Below are positions 17,923 to 28,522 of a stretch of 64,000 nt of DNA, piece by piece. The notes under the pieces are model-generated. The model made no database searches and was not told the origin of the DNA. It worked only from the letters and a program-made list of their open reading frames with translations. Position numbers and translations under genes: made by a program. The DNA comes from an uncultured Actinomycetota bacterium (lineage in GTDB: Bacteria > Actinomycetota > Actinomycetes > Actinomycetales > Cellulomonadaceae): NCBI GenBank assembly GCA_963783005.1, contig CAWALY010000003.1, positions 52,705 through 116,704 on the forward strand, written 5' to 3'. Numbering within the stretch: the stretch's first letter is position 1; the number at the start of each line of letters is the position of its first letter.

Positions 17923-19457
17923 GGCTGCTCCAGGGCGGTGCCACCGCCGACGCCGCCCACCAACGTCGCCAGGCCGTCATCGCCGAGCAGCGGCTGGTCG
18001 ACCAGAGCCGCGCCCAGCCGCTCGGCCGGGGGCAGCGGGATCGGGTAGTCACCGGTGAAGCACGCCGTGCACAGCCGGGTCGCGGGCTGGCCGGACGCTC
18101 CGATCATGCCCTCCAGCGAGATGTAGCCCAGCGAGTCCGCGCCGATCGAACGCCCGACCTCCTCGGCGCCCAGCCCGGTCGCGATGAGCTCGGCGCGGGT
18201 GGCGAAGTCGATGCCGTAGAAGCAGGGCCAGCGCACCGGCGGCGAGGAGATCCGCACGTGCACCTCCGCGGCGCCCGCCTCGCGCAGCATCCGGACCAGG
18301 GCGCGTTGGGTGTTCCCGCGCACGATGGAGTCGTCGACCACCACCAGGCGCTTGCCGCGGATCACCTCGCGCAGCGGGTTGAGCTTGAGCCGGATGCCCA
18401 GCTGGCGCAGGGTCTGCGAGGGTTGGATGAACGTGCGGCCCACGTAGGCGTTCTTCACCAGGCCCTGGGCGTAGGGGATCCCCGACTCGTCGGCGTACCC
18501 GATCGCCGCGGGCGTGCCGGATTCCGGCACGGGGATGACCAGGTCCGCCTCGGCGGGGTGCTCGCGGGCCAGCGCGCGACCCATCGCGACGCGGGCCGAG
18601 TGCACCGAGCGGCCGTTGATGGTGGTGTCCGGCCGGGCCAGGTACACGTACTCGAACACGCACCCGGTGGGCTGGGCGGCCGCGAACCGCGAGCTGCGCA
18701 AACCGTCCGAGTCGATCGCGATGAGCTCGCCCGGCTCGACCTCGCGCACCACGGACGCGCCGACGATGTCCAGGGCCGCCGTCTCGCTGGCCACCACCCA
18801 GCCCCGCTCCAGGCGGCCGAGCACCAGCGGGCGCACGCCGTGCGGGTCGCGCGCGGCGTACAGGGTGTGCTCGTCCATGAAGACCAGGGAGAACGCACCG
18901 CGCAGCCGAGGCAGCACCTCGAGCGCGGTCGCCTCGAGGGTGTGGTCGGGGTCGCCGGCGAGCAGCGCGGTGATGAGCGCCGTGTCGGTGGTGTTGCCCC
19001 GGGCCAGCTCGCCGCGGCGGCGCGAGCCGTACCGCTCGGCGACCAGGTCGATGAGCTCGGCGGTGTTGGTGAGGTTGCCGTTGTGGCCCAGCGCGACGGT
19101 GCCGCCGGCGGTGGGCCCGAGGGTCGGCTGGGCGTTCTCCCAGACCGAGGCACCGGTGGTCGAGTACCGGGCGTGGCCGATCGCCAGGTGGCCGTGCAGG
19201 GCGCCCAGCGCCGTCTCGTCGAAGACCTGCGAGACCAGGCCCATGTCCTTGTAGACCAGCAGCTGCTCGCCGGTGGAGGTCGCGATGCCGGCCGACTCCT
19301 GCCCGCGGTGCTGCAGGGCGTACAGGCCGAAGTAGGTGAGCTTGGCGACCTCCTCGCCCGGAGCCCAGACCCCGAAGACGCCACAGGCGTCCTGGGGGCC
19401 CTTCTCGCCGGGGAGCAGGTCGTGGGTCAGTCGTCCGTCAGGCCGCGCCACGCGCAC
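17919..19457 (-). CDS. purF: Amidophosphoribosyltransferase
   Basis: CGVFGVW provides the N-terminal nucleophile Cys after a short propeptide. VVVDDSIVRGNT is the PRPP loop, and Cys ligands lie in the C-terminus. GTG starts at 19457 or 19451 are favoured over the longest ORF (19595). Confidence 0.93.
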   Translation of the reverse strand: MRVARPDGRLTHDLLPGEKGPQDACGVFGVWAPGEEVAKLTYFGLYALQHRGQESAGIATSTGEQLLVYKDMGLVSQVFDETALGALHGHLAIGHARYSTTGASVWENAQPTLGPTAGGTVALGHNGNLTNTAELIDLVAERYGSRRRGELARGNTTDTALITALLAGDPDHTLEATALEVLPRLRGAFSLVFMDEHTLYAARDPHGVRPLVLGRLERGWVVASETAALDIVGASVVREVEPGELIAIDSDGLRSSRFAAAQPTGCVFEYVYLARPDTTINGRSVHSARVAMGRALAREHPAEADLVIPVPESGTPAAIGYADESGIPYAQGLVKNAYVGRTFIQPSQTLRQLGIRLKLNPLREVIRGKRLVVVDDSIVRGNTQRALVRMLREAGAAEVHVRISSPPVRWPCFYGIDFATRAELIATGLGAEEVGRSIGADSLGYISLEGMIGASGQPATRLCTACFTGDYPIPLPPAERLGAALVDQPLLGDDGLATLVGGVGGGTALEQP

Positions 19458-19602
19458 ATCGTCGCACACGGCCCTTGGCGCAGCGCCGGCGCGCCCGCCC
19501 CTCGAACGCCGCGCGCCGGGTGCCCTGACGCCGCCCTCGCGCCCAGCCCGGCGGGGCCCGCTGCTCGATCTGCGGGCCCCGCCGGGCGCGGTCACCGCGG
19601 GC

Positions 19603-21744
19603 TCAGTCGGCGAGCGCGCAGACGTGCCCGTCCAGCGCGAAGCCGGTCGGGTCGCCGGGACCGCTGAGGCCGGACAGGCCGATCGCGGCGAAGGCCACGC
19701 CGTCGTCGATCACCGTGGTGTGCTTCTTGCCCGTGACGCTCACCTGGTCCCCGCTCTGGCGGAGCTTGACGCCGAGGCCGGCGAGGTACCGGTCGCCGTC
19801 GGCGGTCCAGGTCAGCTCCCAACCGTCTGCCAGCGGCTCGGTGACGTGCAGCCGCACGCGGGCCGTGAAGGTGCGGTGCGCACCGACCGCCTGGTACTCG
19901 ACGGTGCAGTACGCCGGGACGCTGACGCCGACCAGGATCGGGTCGTGGTCCGAGGCGCGGTACACGCTCGCCGGGTCGGGGTAGGCGCCGTAGTACCCGC
20001 GGGCCGACCACTCCGAGGCGTTGATGTCCCACACGTGGGCGCCGGTGAGCCGCTCGGCGAGCGCCGGGCTGGCCAGCACGTGGTCGAGCGAGCCGCGCTC
20101 ACCGTCGTACGTGTACGTGTACTCGCCTGCCGCGAGGGTGGGCACGACGTCGGTGTACCCGGCGTCGAGGAAGACCTGGACCGGGTCCTCGTGGGCGTAG
20201 GAGTTGAGGTCGCCCATGACCGCCACCGAGTCCACCCCGGTGTCCGCCATCAGCCGGTCGGCGAGGTCGCGCACGGCGGTGGCCTGCTCGACGCGCTCGG
20301 CGTTGAACAGCCCCTGGCCGTCGGCGGGCTCGGTGCCGTCACCGCTCTTGGACTTGAAGTGGTTGGCGATCACGACGAACTCCCCACCGCCGCCCTCGAC
20401 GGGGTCGAACTCCTGGGCGATCGGCTCGCGCGCGATGTCCCAGACCGTCTCGTCGACGTCGGTGGTCGCCGCCCCGACCGGGGTGACGGCCGCGGGCTTG
20501 TAGATGATCGCGTTCATGATCACGTCGGTCGCCGGCGCACCGTCGCCGTAGAGCGCGGCCGGGGTGGGCACGTACGCCCAGGTCCCCACGCCGGCGGCCG
20601 CGTTCAGGCCGTCGACCAGGTCGGCGAGCGCCGCGTCGGGCGTGCCGGAGCCGAAGTGGATCGCGTTCTCGATCTCCTGCAGGGCAACCACGTCGGCGCC
20701 CAGGGCGTTGATCGCCGCGACGATCTTGGCCTTCTGGATGTCGAACTCGGCCTGGTTCACGGCGCCACGGGCGAGCGGGTCGTCCGCACTGAACGTCGTG
20801 AAGTAGTTGAACACGTTGAACGTGGCGAGGTGCAGGTCGCCGCCCACCTCGCCGGGCGCGGCGGGCCGCGGGTCCAGCGCCGTGAAGGACGCCTTCTGGG
20901 CCGCCGGCGTCGAGGCGTCGATCGGCACGGTCGGCTGAAGACGCCACTCGTCGTAGCCGTAGGACAGCACGTAGGTCAGGTCGCCCGAGTCGAGCTGGTC
21001 GCCCACGCGGACCACGTGGTCGGCCGTCAGGTAGGGCTGGGTCGCAGTGCTGACCTGCTGGCTCTTGCCGTCGTCCAGCAGCAGGCGGCGTGCGGCGTTG
21101 CTCGCAGCCACCGCGTCGGCGTCGGCGCCCGGCCGGAACTGCTCGGTGTTCTTGACCAGCGGCTCCAGGCCGGCCGAGAGCCAGACCGTGCCGTACCGGT
21201 CGACCTCGTGCAGCGAGGCGACCAGGTAGTCGTCGGTCGGGTCGACCACCATGCCCTCGTACTGCTCGCGATCGGCGCCGATCACGGTGTCCGGCAGCGG
21301 GACGGGCTGCGGCAGCGTGCCCGGACCGGTCACCACGACGCCGGTGCCCGAGCTGGACGCGCTGATCTCCGTGAGGCCGAAGTACTCGGTCACCTTGCCG
21401 GTCACCTGGACCGCGTCGCCGACGACGGCGTCGGTGGTGCGGTTGCCGAGGAAGACGAACACGCCGTCGCTGGCCCCGGGCGTGGCGTCGGTGGTGCCGC
21501 CCGAGCCCTCGGTCTGGACGTAGATGCCGCGGTACCCGCCGGTGCGGTGGTCGGCCGTCACGACCCCGTCGACGACGACGGTGTCGCCGACCATCGGGCT
21601 CGCGTCACCGGTGCCCTGCACCTGCGCGATCGTGACCGTGGCCTCCGCAGCCTGGGCCGGTACGACGAGTGCCGCGGTGAGCGTCATCGCCCCCACGGCC
21701 GCTGTGACGAGGCGTCCGGAACGCCTGTGCACGTGTGTGATCAC
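19603..21744 (-). CDS. Secreted ExeM/NucH-family endonuclease (EEP fold) with C-terminal CBM2-like module
   Basis: 713 aa with signal peptide (..ALVVPAQAAEA) and an N-terminal OB/LTD-like region. EEP motifs: ATFNVFNYF, VVALQEIEN, ANHFKSK, GDLNSY, SDHDP. The last ~100 aa is bracketed by two Cys, as in CBM2. Confidence 0.85.
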   Translation of the reverse strand: MITHVHRRSGRLVTAAVGAMTLTAALVVPAQAAEATVTIAQVQGTGDASPMVGDTVVVDGVVTADHRTGGYRGIYVQTEGSGGTTDATPGASDGVFVFLGNRTTDAVVGDAVQVTGKVTEYFGLTEISASSSGTGVVVTGPGTLPQPVPLPDTVIGADREQYEGMVVDPTDDYLVASLHEVDRYGTVWLSAGLEPLVKNTEQFRPGADADAVAASNAARRLLLDDGKSQQVSTATQPYLTADHVVRVGDQLDSGDLTYVLSYGYDEWRLQPTVPIDASTPAAQKASFTALDPRPAAPGEVGGDLHLATFNVFNYFTTFSADDPLARGAVNQAEFDIQKAKIVAAINALGADVVALQEIENAIHFGSGTPDAALADLVDGLNAAAGVGTWAYVPTPAALYGDGAPATDVIMNAIIYKPAAVTPVGAATTDVDETVWDIAREPIAQEFDPVEGGGGEFVVIANHFKSKSGDGTEPADGQGLFNAERVEQATAVRDLADRLMADTGVDSVAVMGDLNSYAHEDPVQVFLDAGYTDVVPTLAAGEYTYTYDGERGSLDHVLASPALAERLTGAHVWDINASEWSARGYYGAYPDPASVYRASDHDPILVGVSVPAYCTVEYQAVGAHRTFTARVRLHVTEPLADGWELTWTADGDRYLAGLGVKLRQSGDQVSVTGKKHTTVIDDGVAFAAIGLSGLSGPGDPTGFALDGHVCALAD

Positions 21745-22075
21745 CAGATCCCCCTCCTGCCCGGGTGCGGGTTCCGCGTCCGAGCGGACACAGCGAGGAC
21801 CGGTCGGTCCCCGCCCGCTGCACGCTAGCCCGGTCGGGTGATCGCAAACAGAGGACGACCCGAGCCGTCACGCGGGATTCGCCGGGCGTCGGCGCCCGCA
21901 TCCACCACCCGTGCAGCGCGGTGGCATCGGGTTGTCGAGCTCGGTCAGGCTGAGCGGCTGGGTCAGCCTGCAGCACGCCGGCAGGCCCCTAGAAACCGAT
22001 CGCCCGGGCCTGCGATGATTCCGGCCACAGGCGCGCTCCACCCTTCGGGCGCCACTGCCGACTGGACGGGCCATC

Positions 22076-24067
22076 ATGCACGAGCACTTCCACCCCCAGG
22101 GCAAGATGCCGTCGCGCGCGACGGTGGAAGCGCAACGAGCGGCACGGGCGGCGCTGCCCTTCGACGACGAGCGGGACTTCGAGGAGGCTCGACGCGGCTT
22201 CCTCGCGGCTCCGGAGTACCGACAGATCATGGCCGAGGCCGGGCACGTCGCTTGGGACCTCGGCAGCTACGACTTCCTCCTCCAGGGCGAGGACTTCGAC
22301 AGCATCCATCCCTCCTTGCAGCGCCAAGCCGTGCTCAACATGGAGTACGGCCTGTTCGAGGTGGTGCCGGACCGGATCTACCAGGTCCGCGGTTTCGACC
22401 TGGCCAACATCAGCTTCATCAGGTCGGACAGCGGCTGGATCGTCTTCGACCCACTCACGGCCAAGGAGACCGCCGCTGCCGCCCTGGCGCTGGTCACCGA
22501 GCACCTCGGGGCCAGGCCCGTGGTCGCGGTGGTGTACTCCCACTCCCACGGGGACCACTTCGGGGGCGCCCACGGCGTCGTCGACGCGGCCGACGTGGCC
22601 AGCGGCAAGATTCCCGTCATCGCCCCCGTCGGTTTCCTGGAGCACGCCGTCGCCGAGAACGTCTACGCCGGCACCGCGATGAACCGGCGGATGTTCTACC
22701 AGTACGGCTCGCTGCTGGATCGGAGCCCGTTCGGGCACGTGGACCAGGCGATCGGCAAGGGCGTGGCGGCCGGCACCGCCGGCCTCATCGCACCGACCGT
22801 CGAGATCGTCGACGACGTCGAGGAGCTCACGGTGGACGGCGTCCGGATGGTGTTCCAGAACACGCCGGGCACGGAGGCGCCGGCGGAGATGAACACGTGG
22901 TTCCCCGAGTGGAACGCCTTCTGGGCCGCGGAGAACATCGTCGCCACGATCCACAACATCTACACCCTCCGTGGAGCCCTCGTCCGTGACGCCCTCGAGT
23001 GGTCTCGCCAGATCAACAAGGCGCTGTACCTGTTCGGGCACCAGGCGGAGGTGATGTTCTCCTCGCACTCCTGGCCTCGATGGGGCAACGGGCGGATCCA
23101 GGAGGTCATGCGGACCCAGAGGGACGCGTACGCGCACCTGAACAACGGGGTCCTGCACCTGGCGAACCAGGGGGTCACGATCAACGAGATCCACAACGTC
23201 TACCGCGTGCCGGACAGCCTCGCTCGGCAGTGGGCCGCTCGCAGCTACCACGGTTCCGTCGCCCACAACTCACGTGCGGTCGTGAACCGGTACCTCGGCT
23301 ACTGGGACGGGAACCCGACCACCCTGATGCCGTTGTCGCCCTCGGACTCCGCACCCCTGTACGTCGAGATGATGGGTGGCGCGGAGCCGATCCTCGAGCG
23401 TGGCCGGAGCCTGCTGGACCGCGGGGACTACCTCCTGGCGACCGAGATCCTCGACAAGCTGGTCCATGCCGAGCCCGACAACGCGGCGGCACGTGAGCTG
23501 CTCGCCGACGCCTTCGAGCAGATCGGCTACCAGCAGGAGAGCCCGAGCGTGCGCAACAGCTTCCTCGCCGCCGCGCTGGAGCTGCGCTCCGGCATCCCGT
23601 CCGGCGCCGCTCCCTCCAGCACCGGACCGGACCTGGTGCGGGCGCTCTCCACCAGTCAGTTCCTTGACTTCCTGGGGATCAGGCTGGACCCCGAGCGGGC
23701 ACAAGGGCTGGCCTTCTCCGTCAACCTCACGACCCCGGACACCGGTGAGCGGTTCGTCGTCGAGCTGAGCAACAGCACCCTCACCAACCTGCCGGGGTTC
23801 ACGGCGGACGACCCGGACCTCAGCCTCGTGGTCAACCGCTCCGACCTGGAGCTTGCGATGACCGGGGCGGCGCCCCTGCAGCAGCAGATTGCCGACGGCA
23901 CCGTGCGCTACGAGGGCGACCTGGGCGTCCTGCAGACCCTCGCCGGGCTCCTCGTCCACTTCGAGGTCGGGTTCGAGATCCTGCCGGGCACCCGACGCGA
24001 CGCACCCGTCCCCCCGCCGTCCGACCCGTTCGTCCAAGACCCGCTCGGTGACACCTCCGGAGGTTAG
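22076..24067 (+). CDS. Alkyl/aryl-sulfatase (MBL fold, SdsA1/BDS1 type)
   Basis: 663 aa with YSHSHGDHFGG (metallo-beta-lactamase motif), an alkyl-sulfatase dimerisation region and a C-terminal SCP2-like domain. I see no signal peptide. Confidence 0.87.
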   Translation: MHEHFHPQGKMPSRATVEAQRAARAALPFDDERDFEEARRGFLAAPEYRQIMAEAGHVAWDLGSYDFLLQGEDFDSIHPSLQRQAVLNMEYGLFEVVPDRIYQVRGFDLANISFIRSDSGWIVFDPLTAKETAAAALALVTEHLGARPVVAVVYSHSHGDHFGGAHGVVDAADVASGKIPVIAPVGFLEHAVAENVYAGTAMNRRMFYQYGSLLDRSPFGHVDQAIGKGVAAGTAGLIAPTVEIVDDVEELTVDGVRMVFQNTPGTEAPAEMNTWFPEWNAFWAAENIVATIHNIYTLRGALVRDALEWSRQINKALYLFGHQAEVMFSSHSWPRWGNGRIQEVMRTQRDAYAHLNNGVLHLANQGVTINEIHNVYRVPDSLARQWAARSYHGSVAHNSRAVVNRYLGYWDGNPTTLMPLSPSDSAPLYVEMMGGAEPILERGRSLLDRGDYLLATEILDKLVHAEPDNAAARELLADAFEQIGYQQESPSVRNSFLAAALELRSGIPSGAAPSSTGPDLVRALSTSQFLDFLGIRLDPERAQGLAFSVNLTTPDTGERFVVELSNSTLTNLPGFTADDPDLSLVVNRSDLELAMTGAAPLQQQIADGTVRYEGDLGVLQTLAGLLVHFEVGFEILPGTRRDAPVPPPSDPFVQDPLGDTSGG

Positions 24068-24096
24068 GCCCCCAACCGGCGGACGGGCAGTGCGGA

Positions 24097-24426
24097 TCAG
24101 CGACGGGACTCCATGAGCACCGCGACGAGGCCGCCCAGGACGGCGCCCACCGTCACCAGACCGAGGCCCACCAGCAGCACCGCGGTCAGCCCACCCGGCT
24201 CGTCCGGCCGGTACGTCGCCAGGCCCAGCCCGAGCGTGACGAGCAGGCCCACCGCCGCGCCGACGGCGATGAACGCGCGGTAGCGCGGGGCACGCCGCAG
24301 CACGCCCGGTACGGCGACCCGCTCGAGCTCGGCCAGGTCCGGAGCCTCACCCGGGGTGGTCGCGTCACCGCCCGCGCCCTCAGCGGGCCGGCGTGACGGC
24401 TCGCGCGAGGCGTCGTCGGGGCTCAT
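24097..24426 (-). CDS. Small two-TM membrane protein, function unknown
   Basis: Starts MSPDD at 24426. Two hydrophobic helices (AFIAVGAAVGLLVTLGLGLA and AVLLVGLGLVTVGAVLGGLVAVL). Confidence 0.5.
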   Translation of the reverse strand: MSPDDASREPSRRPAEGAGGDATTPGEAPDLAELERVAVPGVLRRAPRYRAFIAVGAAVGLLVTLGLGLATYRPDEPGGLTAVLLVGLGLVTVGAVLGGLVAVLMESRR

Positions 24427-24530
24427 AGGCGTCACCCTACGCAGGACGGCCGTCCCCGCCGCGCCAGGGCACGGGAGGGACGGCCGTCGTCGATCGCTGC
24501 GGGGCGGGCCCGCCCGATCGCACGCTAGAC

Positions 24531-24584
24531 GCGCCGCGGGGCGCGCAGCCCGGGTTGCGCGCCGCGGGGCGCGCACCCCGGGTT
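24531..24584. repeat. Two tandem ~26-bp GC-rich hairpin units (28-bp period)
   Basis: gcgccgcggggcgcgca(g/c)cccgggtt occurs twice. Each unit holds a GCGCC-GCGG-GGCGC stem. A 12-bp palindrome GGCGGGCCCGCC lies at 24503-24514. Confidence 0.75.
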
Positions 24585-24638
24585 CGACGGATCTGTTCAG
24601 GGACCGACCGCGAGTGTTCGCCCCTCGGTCACCCGGCG

Positions 24639-25016
24639 TCAGCGACGACGCGCGGCCTGCAGGGGAAGGAAGGCGCCGAGGTCGGCCCGCTCGCCCGAGG
24701 CGTCGACCCTGCCGTCGGCGACCGCGTCGGCCCAGGCGACCCGACCGGTCACCAGGCCGAGCCAGGTCGCAGGGTCCGTCTCGACCACCGACGGCGGCGT
24801 TCCCCGGGTGTGCCGCGGGCCCGGCACCGCCTGCACGGCGCCGTCCGGCGGAACCCGGACCTCGACAGCGTGGCCCGGCGCGAGGTCGGCGAGCTCCTCG
24901 AGGCTGAACCGCACGGCGGCACGCACCACGTCCCGCGGACAGCCGCCCGGGTCGTCGGCCCAGGCGTGCAGCGCGGCACGCCCCTGCGTGGGGTCGGTGC
25001 GGCGGCGCGGCGGCAT
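24639..25016 (-). CDS. Sterol-carrier-family (SCP-like) small protein
   Basis: 125 aa. Its ATG overlaps the purL stop (ATGA), which suggests translational coupling. The family call comes from general resemblance only. Confidence 0.55.
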   Translation of the reverse strand: MPPRRRTDPTQGRAALHAWADDPGGCPRDVVRAAVRFSLEELADLAPGHAVEVRVPPDGAVQAVPGPRHTRGTPPSVVETDPATWLGLVTGRVAWADAVADGRVDASGERADLGAFLPLQAARRR

Positions 25017-27379
25017 CAGCCGAAGCGCGCCGGCAGGGTCTCGTGCGCGGCCCGGTCGAGCTCGGCGAGCGGCACCTCGAAGTGCCCCTCGACCGCCAGC
25101 ACCGGCCCGCGGACGTGCTCGGGGGCGTCCGGATCGGCGACGTCGTCGGTCACGCCGATCCGCAGCGCGGGCACGCCGCGCGCGGTGCACAGGTCGACGA
25201 ACCGGACCTCCTCGGTGCGCGGGACCGCGACCACGGCCCGGGCGGTGGACTCGGCGAACAGCGCCTCGAACGGCGTGACGCCGTCGCGGGCGCACAGCTC
25301 GCCCAGCGAGACCCGTGCACCGGTCCCGTAGCGCAGGCACGCCTCGGCCAGCGCGACCGCCAGGCCGCCCTCGGACAGGTCGTGCGCGGCGTCCACCAGG
25401 GTGTCGCGCGCGGCGTTGACCAGGACACCGGCCAGCGACCGCTCGGCCGCCAGGTCGACCGCGGGCGGCAGACCGCCCAGGTGGGAGTGCACCACGTCGG
25501 CCCAGGCGGAGCCGTCCAGCTCGCCGCGCGTGGTGCCGAGCAGGTAGATCGCCTGCCCCGGTGCCCGCCAGCCCGACGGGGTGACCCGTCGAACGTCGTC
25601 GACCACGCCCAGCACACCCACCACAGGCGTCGGGTGGATCGAGGCGTCGGCCCCGCCCGGCTCACCGCTGGTGTTGTACAGCGAGACGTTCCCGCCGGTC
25701 ACCGGCACGGCCAGGTCCCGGCACGCGTCGGCCAGGCCGGTGACCACCTGGACCAGCTGCCACATCGAGTCCGGGTGCTCGGGCGTGCCGATGTTGAGGC
25801 AGTCGGTGACGGCCATCGGCCGGGCACCCACGGTGGCGACGTTGCGGTAGGCCTCGGCCAGGGCGAGCCGGGCACCGGCGTACGGGTCGAGCTTGGCGTA
25901 CCGCCCGTTGGCGTCGGTGGACAGCGCCACCCCCAGGCCGGTCGACTCGTCGACGCGCACCACTCCCGCGTCGTCGGGCTGGGCCAGCGCGGTGTTGCCC
26001 TGCACGAACCGGTCGTACTGGTCGGTGACCCACGCCTTGGAGGCCAGGTTGGGCGAGGCCAGCAGGGTGAGCAGCGTCGAGCGCAGGTCCGCGCCGGTGA
26101 CCGGCCGGGTGTACCGGGCACGGCCTCGCTCGTCCGAGATGGAGTCCGCCTGGAGGTCGTCCTGCCACGACGGGCGCCCGTACGGGCGGTCGTAGACCGG
26201 GCTGTCGACAGCGACGGTGCGCGGCTCGACGTCCACGATCCGGTGGCCGTGGTGGTCGATGGTCAGCCGTCCGGTGTCGGTGACCTCACCGATCACCGCC
26301 GTCTCCACGTCCCACTTGGCGGTGATCGCGGAGAACTCCTCGAGGCGGTCCGGCCGGACGATCGCCATCATCCGCTCCTGGGACTCCGACATGAGGATCT
26401 CCCCGGCCGTCAGGGTCGGGTCGCGCAGCAGGACGTTCTCCAGGTCGACGTGCATGCCGCCGTCACCGGCGGAGGCCATCTCGCTGGTGGCGCACGAGAT
26501 CCCGGCGGCACCCAGGTCCTGGATGCCCTCGACCACGCCGGCGGCATACAGCTCCAGGCAGCACTCGATGAGCACCTTCTCCATGAAGGGGTCGCCCACC
26601 TGCACGCTCGGTCGCTTGGACGGCTTGGAGTCGTCGAAGGTCTCGCTGGCCAGGATCGAGGCTCCGCCGATCCCGTCGCCGCCGGTACGCGCGCCGAACA
26701 GGACGACCTTGTTGCCCACCCCGCGTGCCGCGGCGGTCTGCAGCTCGTCGTGCCGCAGCACGCCCAGGCACAGCGCGTTGACCAGGGGGTTGCCCTGGTA
26801 GGAGGGGTCGAACACGACCTCGCCGCCGATGTTCGGCAGGCCCAGGCAGTTGCCGTACCCGCCGACGCCGGACACCACGCCGTGCACGACGCGCTCGGTG
26901 TCCGGGTGGTCGATCGCGCCGAACCGGAGCTGGTCCATCACCGCGACCGGGCGCGCGCCCATCGCCATGATGTCGCGGACGATCCCGCCGACCCCGGTGG
27001 CCGCACCCTGGTAGGGCTCGACGAAGCTCGGGTGGTTGTGCGACTCGACCTTGAACGTGACCGCCCAGCCGTCGCCGATGTCGACCACGCCCGCGTTCTC
27101 GCCCATCCCCGCCAGCAGGTGCTCGCGCATCTGGTCGGTGGTCTTGGCACCGAACTGGCGCAGGTGCAGCTTGGAGGACTTGTACGAGCAGTGCTCGGAC
27201 CACATCACCGAGTACATCGCCAGCTCGGCAGCGGTCGGCCGGCGACCGAGCAGCTCGACGATGCGCTCGTACTCGTCGGCCTTCAGGCCCAGCTCGGCCC
27301 AGGGCATCGCGAGGTCGGGGGTCGACGCGGCGTCCTCGACGGTGTCCGGCAGGTGCTCGGCGGGCTCAGGGCTGGGCAT
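25016..27379 (-). CDS. purL: Phosphoribosylformylglycinamidine synthase subunit PurL
   Basis: About 787 aa with [17 protein letters not shown] and DCLNIG motifs and duplicated AIRS domains. The start is either 27379 or 27397. Confidence 0.95.
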   Translation of the reverse strand: MPSPEPAEHLPDTVEDAASTPDLAMPWAELGLKADEYERIVELLGRRPTAAELAMYSVMWSEHCSYKSSKLHLRQFGAKTTDQMREHLLAGMGENAGVVDIGDGWAVTFKVESHNHPSFVEPYQGAATGVGGIVRDIMAMGARPVAVMDQLRFGAIDHPDTERVVHGVVSGVGGYGNCLGLPNIGGEVVFDPSYQGNPLVNALCLGVLRHDELQTAAARGVGNKVVLFGARTGGDGIGGASILASETFDDSKPSKRPSVQVGDPFMEKVLIECCLELYAAGVVEGIQDLGAAGISCATSEMASAGDGGMHVDLENVLLRDPTLTAGEILMSESQERMMAIVRPDRLEEFSAITAKWDVETAVIGEVTDTGRLTIDHHGHRIVDVEPRTVAVDSPVYDRPYGRPSWQDDLQADSISDERGRARYTRPVTGADLRSTLLTLLASPNLASKAWVTDQYDRFVQGNTALAQPDDAGVVRVDESTGLGVALSTDANGRYAKLDPYAGARLALAEAYRNVATVGARPMAVTDCLNIGTPEHPDSMWQLVQVVTGLADACRDLAVPVTGGNVSLYNTSGEPGGADASIHPTPVVGVLGVVDDVRRVTPSGWRAPGQAIYLLGTTRGELDGSAWADVVHSHLGGLPPAVDLAAERSLAGVLVNAARDTLVDAAHDLSEGGLAVALAEACLRYGTGARVSLGELCARDGVTPFEALFAESTARAVVAVPRTEEVRFVDLCTARGVPALRIGVTDDVADPDAPEHVRGPVLAVEGHFEVPLAELDRAAHETLPARFG

Positions 27380-27567
27380 GGACAGGTGGTCCCCCACGTC
27401 GCGGTGGCGCTGACGGAGGTCAGGCTACCCGCGCGCGCGCCATGGACGGCGCGGCGTCCCGAACGCACCGCCCGGCCGCCGCGACCAGCGCCGGCCCGCC
27501 CCGAGAAGGCGACGCGACTTCTCCGTTCTGCGGTCTCCTGCGCGCCCTCCGGCTCTACCCTCATGGC

Positions 27568-28437
27568 ATGGTCGACGACGCCCACGGGCACGGTCACGCT
27601 GCGCACCCTGAACCCGCCGAGCACGGCGGTCACGCCGCTAAGCGCAAGCGGTTCCCGAAGGACCTGTACGAACAAGAGCTGTTCCGGCTCCAGGCCGAGC
27701 TCGTCTCGCTCCAGGAGTGGGTCCGCGCCGAGGGCAAGCGCGTCGTGGTGATCTTCGAGGGCCGCGATGCCGCTGGCAAGGGTTCCACGATCAAGCGGGT
27801 CACGCAGTACCTCAATCCGCGCATCGCGCGGATCGCCGCGCTGCCCACCCCGTCGGACCGCGAGCGCACCCAGTGGTACTTCCAGCGCTACGCCGCGCAC
27901 CTTCCTGCGGCCGGGGAGATCACCCTGTTCGACAGGTCCTGGTACAACCGCGCGGGCGTCGAGCGCGTCATGGGGTACTGCACCGCCGACGAGTATCACC
28001 GGTTCCTGCACCAGTGCCCGATCTTCGAGCGGATGCTGGTCGAGGACGGGATCATCCTGCGCAAGTACTGGTTCAGCGTGTCCGACGCGGAGCAGGAGGC
28101 GCGGTTCCGGTCCCGCCTGGAGGACCCGATGCGGCAGTGGAAGCTGTCGGTCACCGACCTGGACTCGATCAGCCGCTGGGAGGAGTACTCCCGCGCCAAG
28201 GACCAGATGCTCGTGCACACCGACATCCCCGAGGCGCCGTGGTGGGTGGTCGACAGCGACGACAAGCGCGTCTCGCGGCTGAACATGATCCACCACCTCG
28301 TGTCGAGCATCGACTACGACGAGGTCGTTCGGGTCCCGCTGGAGCTCCCGCGCCGGCCCGCGTCGACCGGGTACCAGCGGCCGCCGCGCGACTCCCAGCG
28401 CTACGTGCCCGACCACGCCGCCGACCTGCTCGCCTGA
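27568..28437 (+). CDS. ppk2: Polyphosphate kinase 2
   Basis: VVIFEGRDAAGKGSTI (Walker A), FDRSWYNR, and a lid region W.LS..D. The His-rich N-terminus begins at ATG 27568. Confidence 0.9.
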   Translation: MVDDAHGHGHAAHPEPAEHGGHAAKRKRFPKDLYEQELFRLQAELVSLQEWVRAEGKRVVVIFEGRDAAGKGSTIKRVTQYLNPRIARIAALPTPSDRERTQWYFQRYAAHLPAAGEITLFDRSWYNRAGVERVMGYCTADEYHRFLHQCPIFERMLVEDGIILRKYWFSVSDAEQEARFRSRLEDPMRQWKLSVTDLDSISRWEEYSRAKDQMLVHTDIPEAPWWVVDSDDKRVSRLNMIHHLVSSIDYDEVVRVPLELPRRPASTGYQRPPRDSQRYVPDHAADLLA

Positions 28438-28522
28438 GCGACCAACGTCTCTGGCCCCTGGGAGCAATCGCGGCTAGACACGGTGCCCAGGGGCGGGCGA
28501 CGCCCCGCGGGGAGGTGGGACC

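Noticed and set aside
19458-19602. Riboswitch or leader upstream of purF, and likewise upstream of purL, purS, purD and purA
   Set aside because: I recognise no purine, ZTP or THF riboswitch consensus by eye. The spacers are short and GC-rich. An Infernal/Rfam scan would be needed to exclude them formally.
19336-21828. 830-aa plus-strand ORF. The same applies to 25043-27751 (902 aa), 50287-53022 (911 aa), 53155-56616 (1153 aa), 46237-48789 (850 aa) and 28983-30872 (629 aa).
   Set aside because: All are antisense to genes with clear family motifs (nuclease, purL, amidohydrolase, GGDEF-EAL, purC/purD, ADH, AAA+). All have Arg/Gly/Pro/Ala-rich compositions with no recognisable motifs.
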